Origin: the human T2T-CHM13v2.0 reference genome, Homo sapiens
Strand: one strand, 5' to 3'
DNA length: 64,000 bases
Assembly (NCBI RefSeq): GCF_009914755.1
Contig: NC_060942.1
Every line of letters starts with the position of its first letter. Within the stretch, counting starts at the first letter, position 1. Under the pieces are notes generated by a model. It was not told the DNA's origin. It did no database searches and saw only the letters and a list, made by a program, of their open reading frames with translations. Positions 1 through 11,000 of this stretch are shown piece by piece. The position numbers and the translations under genes are program-made.

Positions 1-332
1 AACGGGATTGTCTTCAGAGAAAATCTAGACAGAAGCATTCTCAGAAACTTCTTTGGGATGTTTGCATTCAAGTCACAGAGTAGAACATTCCCTTTGGTAG
101 AGCAGGTTTGAAACACTCTTTTTTTAGTATATGGAAGTGGACATTTGGATCGCTTTCAGGCCTACGTTGGAAAAGGAAATATCTTCCCATAACAACTAGA
201 CAGAAGCATTCTCAGAAACTAGTTTCTGATGTGTGTCCTCAACTAACACAGTTGAACATTTCTTTAGACAGAACAGTTTTGAAACACTCTTTTTGTGGAA
301 TCTGCAAGTGGCTATTTGGCTAGATTTGAGGA

Positions 333-349
333 TTTCGTTGGAAACGGGA
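333..349 (+). promoter_or_regulatory. CENP-B box (m2), TTTCGTTGGAAACGGGA; recurs in every HOR
   Basis: Perfect match to the YTTCGTTGGAARCGGGA consensus. Confidence 0.95.
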
Positions 350-499
350 TTACATATAAAAAGCAGTCAGCAGCATTCTCAGAAAGTTCTTTGTGATGAT
401 TGCATTCAAGTCACAGAATTGAACATTCCCTTTCACAGAGCAGGTTTGAAACACTCTTTTTGTAGTGTGTGTAAGTGGACATTTGGAGCACTTACCGGC

Positions 500-516
500 C
501 TAAGGTGAAAAAGGAA
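500..516 (+). promoter_or_regulatory. pJalpha-like (A-box) motif CTAAGGTGAAAAAGGAA in A-type monomer m3; similar motif in m7
   Basis: Occupies the position equivalent to the CENP-B box in alternate monomers and resembles the A-type alphoid box. Protein binding is not demonstrated here. Confidence 0.7.
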
Positions 517-670
517 ATATCTTCCCATAAAAACTAGACAGAAGCATTCTCAGAAACTTACTCGTGATGTGTGTCCTCAACTAAAGGAGTAGAACCTTTC
601 TTTTCATAGAGAAGTTTTGAAACGCTCTTTTTGTGGAATCTGCAAGTGGATATTTGGCTAGTTTTGAGGA

Positions 671-687
671 TTTCGTTGGAAGCGGGA
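671..687 (+). promoter_or_regulatory. CENP-B box (m4), TTTCGTTGGAAGCGGGA, overlapping EcoRI site 686-691
   Basis: Perfect consensus match. Confidence 0.95.
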
Positions 688-1008
688 ATTCATACAAATT
701 GCAGACTGCAGCGTTCTGAGAAACATCTTTGTGATGTTTGTATTCAGGACACAGAGTTGAACATTCCCTATCATAGAGCAGGTTGGAATCACTCCTTTTG
801 TAGTATCTGGAAGTGGACATTTGGAGCGCTTTCAGGCCTATGTTGGAAAAGGAAATATCTTCCCATAACAACTAGACAGAAGCATTCTCAGAAACTTATT
901 TGAGATGTGTGTACTCAACTAAGAGAATTGAACCACCGTTTTGAAGGAGCAGTTTTGAAACTCTCTTTTTCTGGAATCTGCAAGTGGATATTTGGCTAGC
1001 TTTGGGGA

Positions 1009-1025
1009 TTTCGCTGGAAGCGGGA
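1009..1025 (+). promoter_or_regulatory. CENP-B box (m6), variant TTTCGCTGGAAGCGGGA
   Basis: One mismatch at a non-core position; the nine-base core nTTCGnnnnAnnCGGGn is intact. Confidence 0.88.
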
Positions 1026-1345
1026 ATACATATAAAAAGCACACAGCAGCGTTCTGAGAAACTGCTTTCTGATGTTTGCATTCAAGTCAAAAGTTGAACA
1101 CTCCCTTTCATAGAGCAGTCTTGAAACACCCCTTTTGTAGTATCTGGAACTGGACTTTTGGAGCGATTTCAGGGCTAAGGTGAAAAAGGAAATATCTTCC
1201 CATAAAAACTGGACAGAAGCATTCTCAGAAACTTGTTTATGCTGTATCTACTCAACTAACAAAGTTGAACCTTTCTTTTGATAGAGCAGTTTTGAAATGG
1301 TCTTTTTGTGGAATCTGCAAGTGGATATTTGGCTAGTTTTGAGGA

Positions 1346-1362
1346 TTTCGTTGGAAGCGGGA
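1346..1362 (+). promoter_or_regulatory. CENP-B box (m8), TTTCGTTGGAAGCGGGA, overlapping EcoRI site 1361-1366
   Basis: Perfect consensus match. Confidence 0.95.
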
Positions 1363-1683
1363 ATTCATACAAATTGCAGACTGCAGCGTTCTGAGAAACA
1401 TCTTTGTGATGTTTGTATTCAGGACACAGAGTTGAACATTCCCTATCATAGAGCAGGTTGTAATCACTCCTTTTGTAGTATCTGGAAGTGGACATTTGGA
1501 GCGCTTTCAGGCCTATTTTGGAAAGGGAAATATCTTCCCGTAACAACTATGCAGAAGCATTCTCAGAAACTTGTTTGTGATGTGTGCCCTCTACTGACAG
1601 AGTTGAACCTTTCTTTTCATAGAGCAGTTTTGAAACACTCTTTTTGTAGAATCTGCAAGAGGATATTTGCATAGCTTTGAGGA

Positions 1684-1700
1684 TTTCGTGGGAAACGGGA
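1684..1700 (+). promoter_or_regulatory. CENP-B box (m10), variant TTTCGTGGGAAACGGGA
   Basis: One mismatch at a non-core position; nine-base core intact. Confidence 0.88.
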
Positions 1701-2025
1701 TTGTCTTCAGGTAAAATCTAGACAGAAGCATTCTCAGAAACTTCTTTGGGATGTTTGCATTCAAGTCACAGAGTAGAACATTCCCTTTGGTAGAGCAGGT
1801 TTGAAACACTCTTTTTGTAGTATCTGGAAGTGGACATTTGGAGCGCTTTCAGGCCCATGTTGGAAAGGGAAATATCTTCCCGTAACAACTAGGCAGAAGC
1901 ATTCTCAGAAACTTATTTGAGATGTGTGTACTCAACTAAGAGAATTGAACCACCGTTTTGAAGGAGCAGTTTTGAAACACTCTTTTTCTGGAATCTGCAA
2001 GAGTATATTTGCCTAGCCTTGAGGA

Positions 2026-2042
2026 TTTCGTTGGAAACGGGA
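2026..2042 (+). promoter_or_regulatory. CENP-B box (m12), TTTCGTTGGAAACGGGA
   Basis: Perfect consensus match. Confidence 0.95.
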
Positions 2043-5000
2043 TTGTCTTCAGAGAAAATCTAGACAGAAGCATTCTCAGAAACTTCTTTGGGATGTTTGC
2101 ATTCAAGTCACAGAGTAGAACATTCCCTTTGGTAGAGCAGGTTTGAAACACTCTTTTTTTAGTATATGGAAGTGGACATTTGGAGCGCTTTCAGGCCTAC
2201 GTTGGAAAAGGAAATATCTTCCCATAACAACTAGACAGAAGCATTCTCAGAAACTAGTTTCTGATGTGTGTCCTCAACTAACACAGTTGAACATTTCTTT
2301 AGACAGAACAGTTTTGAAACACTCTTTTTGTGGAATCTGCAAGTGGCTATTTGGCTAGATTTGAGGATTTCGTTGGAAACGGGATTACATATAAAAAGCA
2401 GTCAGCAGCATTCTCAGAAAGTTCTTTGTGATGATTGCATTCAAGTCACAGAATTGAACATTCCCTTTCACAGAGCAGGTTTGAAACACTCTTTTTGTAG
2501 TGTGTGTAAGTGGACATTTGGAGCACTTACCGGCCTAAGGTGAAAAAGGAAATATCTTCCCATAAAAACTAGACAGAAGCATTCTCAGAAACTTACTCGT
2601 GATGTGTGTCCTCAACTAAAGGAGTAGAACCTTTCTTTTCATAGAGAAGTTTTGAAACGCTCTTTTTGTGGAATCTGCAAGTGGATATTTGGCTAGTTTT
2701 GAGGATTTCGTTGGAAGCGGGAATTCATACAAATTGCAGACTGCAGCGTTCTGAGAAACATCTTTGTGATGTTTGTATTCAGGACACAGAGTTGAACATT
2801 CCCTATCATAGAGCAGGTTGGAATCACTCCTTTTGTAGTATCTGGAAGTGGACATTTGGAGCGCTTTCAGGCCTATGTTGGAAAAGGAAATATCTTCCCA
2901 TAACAACTAGACAGAAGCATTCTCAGAAACTTATTTGAGATGTGTGTACTCAACTAAGAGAATTGAACCACCGTTTTGAAGGAGCAGTTTTGAAACTCTC
3001 TTTTTCTGGAATCTGCAAGTGGATATTTGGCTAGCTTTGGGGATTTCGCTGGAAGCGGGAATACATATAAAAAGCACACAACAGCGTTCTGAGAAACTGC
3101 TTTCTGATGTTTGCATTCAAGTCAAAAGTTGAACACTCCCTTTCATAGAGCAGTCTTGAAACACCCCTTTTGTAGTATCTGGAACTGGACTTTTGGAGCG
3201 ATTTCAGGGCTAAGGTGAAAAAGGAAATATCTTCCCATAAAAACTGGACAGAAGCATTCTCAGAAACTTGGTTATGCTGTATCTACTCAACTAACAAAGT
3301 TGAACCTTTCTTTTGATAGAGCAGTTTTGAAATGGTCTTTTTGTGGAATCTGCAAGTGGATATTTGGCTAGTTTTGAGGATTTCGTTGGAAGCGGGAATT
3401 CATACAAATTGCAGACTGCAGCGTTCTGAGAAACATCTTTGTGATGTTTGTATTCAGGACACAGAGTTGAACATTCCCTATCATAGAGCAGGTTGGAATC
3501 ACTCCTTTTGTAGTATCTGGAAGTGGACATTTGGAGCGCTTTCAGGCCTATTTTGGAAAGGGAAATATCTTCCCGTAACAACTATGCAGAAGCATTCTCA
3601 GAAACTTGTTTGTGATGTGTGCCCTCTACTGACAGAGTTGAACCTTTCTTTTCATAGAGCAGTTTTGAAACACTCTTTTTGTAGAATCTGCAAGAGGATA
3701 TTTGCATAGCTTTGAGGATTTCGTGGGAAACGGGATTGTCTTCAGGTAAAATCTAGACAGAAGCATTCTCAGAAACTTCTTTGGGATGTTTGCATTCAAG
3801 TCACAGAGTAGAACATTCCCTTTGGTAGAGCAGGTTTGAAACACTCTTTTTGTAGTATCTGGAAGTGGACATTTGGAGCGCTTTCAGGCCCATGTTGGAA
3901 AGGGAAATATCTTCCCGTAACAACTAGGCAGAAGCATTCTCAGAAACTTATTTGAGATGTGTGTACTCAACTAAGAGAATTGAACCACCGTTTTGAAGGA
4001 GCAGTTTTGAAACACTCTTTTTCTGGAATCTGCAAGAGTATATTTGCCTAGCCTTGAGGATTTCGTTGGAAACGGGATTGTCTTCAGAGAAAATCTAGAC
4101 AGAAGCATTCTCAGAAACTTCTTTGGGATGTTTGCATTCAAGTCACAGAGTAGAACATTCCCTTTGGTAGAGCAGGTTTGAAACACTCTTTTTTTAGTAT
4201 ATGGAAGTGGACATTTGGAGCGCTTTCAGGCCTACGTTGGAAAAGGAAATATCTTCCCATAACAACTAGACAGAAGCATTCTCAGAAACTAGTTTCTGAT
4301 GTGTGTCCTCAACTAACACAGTTGAACATTTCTTTAGACAGAACAGTTTTGAAACACTCTTTTTGTGGAATCTGCAAGTGGCTATTTGGCTAGATTTGAG
4401 GATTTCGTTGGAAACGGGATTACATATAAAAAGCAGTCAGCAGCATTCTCAGAAAGTTCTTTGTGATGATTGCATTCAAGTCACAGAATTGAACATTCCC
4501 TTTCACAGAGCAGGTTTGAAACACTCTTTTTGTAGTGTGTGTAAGTGGACATTTGGAGCACTTACCGGCCTAAGGTGAAAAAGGAAATATCTTCCCATAA
4601 AAACTAGACAGAAGCATTCTCAGAAACTTACTCGTGATGTGTGTCCTCAACTAAAGGAGTAGAACCTTTCTTTTCATAGAGAAGTTTTGAAACGCTCTTT
4701 TTGTGGAATCTGCAAGTGGATATTTGGCTAGTTTTGAGGATTTCGTTGGAAGCGGGAATTCATACAAATTGCAGACTGCAGCGTTCTGAGAAACATCTTT
4801 GTGATGTTTGTATTCAGGACACAGAGTTGAACATTCCCTATCATAGAGCAGGTTGGAATCACTCCTTTTGTAGTATCTGGAAGTGGACATTTGGAGCGCT
4901 TTCAGGCCTATGTTGGAAAAGGAAATATCTTCCCATAACAACTAGACAGAAGCATTCTCAGAAACTTATTTGAGATGTGTGTACTCAACTAAGAGAATTG

Positions 5001-8000
5001 AACCACCGTTTTGAAGGAGCAGTTTTGAAACTCTCTTTTTCTGGAATCTGCAAGTGGATATTTGGCTAGCTTTGGGGATTTCGCTGGAAGCGGGAATACA
5101 TATAAAAAGCACACAGCAGCGTTCTGAGAAACTGCTTTCTGATGTTTGCATTCAAGTCAAAAGTTGAACACTCCCTTTCATAGAGCAGTCTTGAAACACC
5201 CCTTTTGTAGTATCTGGAACTGGACTTTTGGAGCGATTTCAGGGCTAAGGTGAAAAAGGAAATATCTTCCCATAAAAACTGGACAGAAGCATTCTCAGAA
5301 ACTTGGTTATGCTGTATCTACTCAACTAACAAAGTTGAACCTTTCTTTTGATAGAGCAGTTTTGAAATGGTCTTTTTGTGGAATCTGCAAGTGGATATTT
5401 GGCTAGTTTTGAGGATTTCGTTGGAAGCGGGAATTCATACAAATTGCAGACTGCAGCGTTCTGAGAAACATCTTTGTGATGTTTGTATTCAGGACACAGA
5501 GTTGAACATTCCCTATCATAGAGCAGGTTGGAATCACTCCTTTTGTAGTATCTGGAAGTGGACATTTGGAGCGCTTTCAGGCCTATTTTGGAAAGGGAAA
5601 TATCTTCCCGTAACAACTATGCAGAAGCATTCTCAGAAACTTGTTTGTGATGTGTGCCCTCTACTGACAGAGTTGAACCTTTCTTTTCATAGAGCAGTTT
5701 TGAAACACTCTTTTTGTAGAATCTGCAAGAGGATATTTGCATAGCTTTGAGGATTTCGTGGGAAACGGGATTGTCTTCAGGTAAAATCTAGACAGAAGCA
5801 TTCTCAGAAACTTCTTTGGGATGTTTGCATTCAAGTCACAGAGTAGAACATTCCCTTTGGTAGAGCAGGTTTGAAACACTCTTTTTGTAGTATCTGGAAG
5901 TGGACATTTGGAGCGCTTTCAGGCCCATGTTGGAAAGGGAAATATCTTCCCGTAACAACTAGGCAGAAGCATTCTCAGAAACTTATTTGAGATGTGTGTA
6001 CTCAACTAAGAGAATTGAACCACCGTTTTGAAGGAGCAGTTTTGAAACACTCTTTTTCTGGAATCTGCAAGAGTATATTTGCCTAGCCTTGAGGATTTCG
6101 TTGGAAACGGGATTGTCTTCAGAGAAAATCTAGACAGAAGCATTCTCAGAAACTTCTTTGGGATGTTTGCATTCAAGTCACAGAGTAGAACATTCCCTTT
6201 GGTAGAGCAGGTTTGAAACACTCTTTTTTTAGTATATGGAAGTGGACATTTGGATCGCTTTCAGGCCTACGTTGGAAAAGGAAATATCTTCCCATAACAA
6301 CTAGACAGAAGCATTCTCAGAAACTAGTTTCTGATGTGTGTCCTCAACTAACACAGTTGAACATTTCTTTAGACAGAACAGTTTTGAAACACTCTTTTTG
6401 TGGAATCTGCAAGTGGCTATTTGGCTAGATTTGAGGATTTCGTTGGAAACGGGATTACATATAAAAAGCAGTCAGCAGCATTCTCAGAAAGTTCTTTGTG
6501 ATGATTGCATTCAAGTCACAGAATTGAACATTCCCTTTCACAGAGCAGGTTTGAAACACTCTTTTTGTAGTGTGTGTAAGTGGACATTTGGAGCACTTAC
6601 CGGCCTAAGGTGAAAAAGGAAATATCTTCCCATAAAAACTAGACAGAAGCATTCTCAGAAACTTACTCGTGATGTGTGTCCTCAACTAAAGGAGTAGAAC
6701 CTTTCTTTTCATAGAGAAGTTTTGAAACGCTCTTTTTGTGGAATCTGCAAGTGGATATTTGGCTAGTTTTGAGGATTTCGTTGGAAGCGGGAATTCATAC
6801 AAATTGCAGACTGCAGCGTTCTGAGAAACATCTTTGTGATGTTTGTATTCAGGACACAGAGTTGAACATTCCCTATCATAGAGCAGGTTGGAATCACTCC
6901 TTTTGTAGTATCTGGAAGTGGACATTTGGAGCGCTTTCAGGCCTATGTTGGAAAAGGAAATATCTTCCCATAACAACTAGACAGAAGCATTCTCAGAAAC
7001 TTATTTGAGATGTGTGTACTCAACTAAGAGAATTGAACCACCGTTTTGAAGGAGCAGTTTTGAAACTCTCTTTTTCTGGAATCTGCAAGTGGATATTTGG
7101 CTAGCTTTGGGGATTTCGCTGGAAGCGGGAATACATATAAAAAGCACACAGCAGCGTTCTGAGAAACTGCTTTCTGATGTTTGCATTCAAGTCAAAAGTT
7201 GAACACTCCCTTTCATAGAGCAGTCTTGAAACACCCCTTTTGTAGTATCTGGAACTGGACTTTTGGAGCGATTTCAGGGCTAAGGTGAAAAAGGAAATAT
7301 CTTCCCATAAAAACTGGACAGAAGCATTCTCAGAAACTTGTTTATGCTGTATCTACTCAACTAACAAAGTTGAACCTTTCTTTTGATAGAGCAGTTTTGA
7401 AATGGTCTTTTTGTGGAATCTGCAAGTGGATATTTGGCTAGTTTTGAGGATTTCGTTGGAAGCGGGAATTCATACAAATTGCAGACTGCAGCGTTCTGAG
7501 AAACATCTTTGTGATGTTTGTATTCAGGACACAGAGTTGAACATTCCCTATCATAGAGCAGGTTGGAATCACTCCTTTTGTAGTATCTGGAAGTGGACAT
7601 TTGGAGCGCTTTCAGGCCTATTTTGGAAAGGGAAATATCTTCCCGTAACAACTATGCAGAAGCATTCTCAGAAACTTGTTTGTGATGTGTGCCCTCTACT
7701 GACAGAGTTGAACCTTTCTTTTCATAGAGCAGTTTTGAAACACTCTTTTTGTAGAATCTGCAAGAGGATATTTGCATAGCTTTGAGGATTTCGTGGGAAA
7801 CGGGATTGTCTTCAGGTAAAATGTAGACAGAAGCATTCTCAGAAACTTCTTTGGGATGTTTGCATTCAAGTCACAGAGTAGAACATTCCCTTTGGTAGAG
7901 CAGGTTTGAAACACTCTTTTTGTAGTATCTGGAAGTGGACATTTGGAGCGCTTTCAGGCCCATGTTGGAAAGGGAAATATCTTCCCGTAACAACTAGGCA

Positions 8001-11000
8001 GAAGCATTCTCAGAAACTTATTTGAGATGTGTGTACTCAACTAAGAGAATTGAACCACCGTTTTGAAGGAGCAGTTTTGAAACACTCTTTTTCTGGAATC
8101 TGCAAGAGTATATTTGCCTAGCCTTGAGGATTTCGTTGGAAACGGGATTGTCTTCAGAGAAAATCTAGACAGAAGCATTCTCAGAAACTTCTTTGGGATG
8201 TTTGCATTCAAGTCACAGAGTAGAACATTCCCTTTGGTAGAGCAGGTTTGAAACACTCTTTTTTTAGTATCTGGAAGTGGACATTTGGATCGCTTTCAGG
8301 CCTACGTTGGAAAAGGAAATATCTTCCCATAACAACTAGACAGAAGCATTCTCAGAAACTAGTTTCTGATGTGTGTCCTCAACTAACACAGTTGAACATT
8401 TCTTTAGACAGAACAGTTTTGAAACACTCTTTTTGTGGAATCTGCAAGTGGCTATTTGGCTAGATTTGAGGATTTCGTTGGAAACGGGATTACATATAAA
8501 AAGCAGTCAGCAGCATTCTCAGAAAGTTCTTTGTGATGATTGCATTCAAGTCACAGAATTGAACATTCCCTTTCACAGAGCAGGTTTGAAACACTCTTTT
8601 TGTAGTGTGTGTAAGTGGACATTTGGAGCACTTACCGGCCTAAGGTGAAAAAGGAAATATCTTCCCATAAAAACTAGACAGAAGCATTCTCAGAAACTTA
8701 CTCGTGATGTGTGTCCTCAACTAAAGGAGTAGAACCTTTCTTTTCATAGAGAAGTTTTGAAACGCTCTTTTTGTGGAATCTGCAAGTGGATATTTGGCTA
8801 GTTTTGAGGATTTCGTTGGAAGCGGGAATTCATACAAATTGCAGACTGCAGCGTTCTGAGAAACATCTTTGTGATGTTTGTATTCAGGACACAGAGTTGA
8901 ACATTCCCTATCATAGAGCAGGTTTGAATCACTCCTTTTGTAGTATCTGGAAGTGGACATTTGGAGCGCTTTCAGGCCTATGTTGGAAAAGGAAATATCT
9001 TCCCATAACAACTAGACAGAAGCATTCTCAGAAACTTATTTGAGATGTGTGTACTCAACTAAGAGAATTGAACCACCGTTTTGAAGGAGCAGTTTTGAAA
9101 CTCTCTTTTTCTGGAATCTGCAAGTGGATATTTGGCTAGCTTTGGGGATTTCGCTGGAAGCGGGAATACATATAAAAAGCACACAGCAGCGTTCTGAGAA
9201 ACTGCTTTCTGATGTTTGCATTCAAGTCAAAAGTTGAACACTCCCTTTCATAGAGCAGTCTTGAAACACCCCTTTTGTAGTATCTGGAACTGGACTTTTG
9301 GAGCGATTTCAGGGCTAAGGTGAAAAAGGAAATATCTTCCCATAAAAACTGGACAGAAGCATTCTCAGAAACTTGGTTATGCTGTATCTACTCAACTAAC
9401 AAAGTTGAACCTTTCTTTTGATAGAGCAGTTTTGAAATGGTCTTTTTGTGGAATCTGCAAGTGGATATTTGGCTAGTTTTGAGGATTTCGTTGGAAGCGG
9501 GAATTCATACAAATTGCAGACTGCAGCGTTCTGAGAAACATCTTTGTGATGTTTGTATTCAGGACACAGAGTTGAACATTCCCTATCATAGAGCAGGTTG
9601 GAATCACTCCTTTTGTAGTATCTGGAAGTGGACATTTGGAGCGCTTTCAGGCCTATTTTGGAAAGGGAAATATCTTCCCGTAACAACTATGCAGAAGCAT
9701 TCTCAGAAACTTGTTTGTGATGTGTGCCCTCTACTGACAGAGTTGAACCTTTCTTTTCATAGAGCAGTTTTGAAACACTCTTTTTGTAGAATCTGCAAGA
9801 GGATATTTGCATAGCTTTGAGGATTTCGTGGGAAACGGGATTGTCTTCAGGTAAAATGTAGACAGAAGCATTCTCAGAAACTTCTTTGGGATGTTTGCAT
9901 TCAAGTCACAGAGTAGAACATTCCCTTTGGTAGAGCAGGTTTGAAACACTCTTTTTGTAGTATCTGGAAGTGGACATTTGGAGCGCTTTCAGGCCCATGT
10001 TGGAAAGGGAAATATCTTCCCGTAACAACTAGGCAGAAGCATTCTCAGAAACTTATTTGAGATGTGTGTACTCAACTAAGAGAATTGAACCACCGTTTTG
10101 AAGGAGCAGTTTTGAAACACTCTTTTTCTGGAATCTGCAAGAGTATATTTGCCTAGCCTTGAGGATTTCGTTGGAAACGGGATTGTCTTCAGAGAAAATC
10201 TAGACAGAAGCATTCTCAGAAACTTCTTTGGGATGTTTGCATTCAAGTCACAGAGTAGAACATTCCCTTTGGTAGAGCAGGTTTGAAACACTCTTTTTTT
10301 AGTATATGGAAGTGGACATTTGGATCGCTTTCAGGCCTACGTTGGAAAAGGAAATATCTTCCCATAACAACTAGACAGAAGCATTCTCAGAAACTAGTTT
10401 CTGATGTGTGTCCTCAACTAACACAGTTGAACATTTCTTTAGACAGAACAGTTTTGAAACACTCTTTTTGTGGAATCTGCAAGTGGCTATTTGGCTAGAT
10501 TTGAGGATTTCGTTGGAAACGGGATTACATATAAAAAGCAGTCAGCAGCATTCTCAGAAAGTTCTTTGTGATGATTGCATTCAAGTCACAGAATTGAACA
10601 TTCCCTTTCACAGAGCAGGTTTGAAACACTCTTTTTGTAGTGTGTGTAAGTGGACATTTGGAGCACTTACCGGCCTAAGGTGAAAAAGGAAATATCTTCC
10701 CATAAAAACTAGACAGAAGCATTCTCAGAAACTTACTCGTGATGTGTGTCCTCAACTAAAGGAGTAGAACCTTTCTTTTCATAGAGAAGTTTTGAAACGC
10801 TCTTTTTGTGGAATCTGCAAGTGGATATTTGGCTAGTTTTGAGGATTTCGTTGGAAGCGGGAATTCATACAAATTGCAGACTGCAGCGTTCTGAGAAACA
10901 TCTTTGTGATGTTTGTATTCAGGACACAGAGTTGAACATTCCCTATCATAGAGCAGGTTGGAATCACTCCTTTTGTAGTATCTGGAAGTGGACATTTGGA

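Larger units (their letters stand above)
36..2070 (+). repeat. Representative canonical 12-mer HOR unit (2035 bp)
   Basis: Monomer lengths counted from the sequence: 171, 167, 171, 167, 171, 167, 170, 167, 171, 171, 171, 171 = 2035. Odd monomers end in an A-type (pJalpha-like) box and even monomers in a CENP-B box. Confidence 0.95.

Noticed and set aside
162-178. CTACGTTGGAAAAGGAA in m1 as a seventh CENP-B box
   Set aside because: It lacks both the TTCG and CGGG core elements; it is an A-type box variant.
353-362. TATAAAA as a TATA box (also ~1031)
   Set aside because: A short AT-rich motif inherent to the 167-bp monomer end; there is no sequence-level evidence of promoter function.
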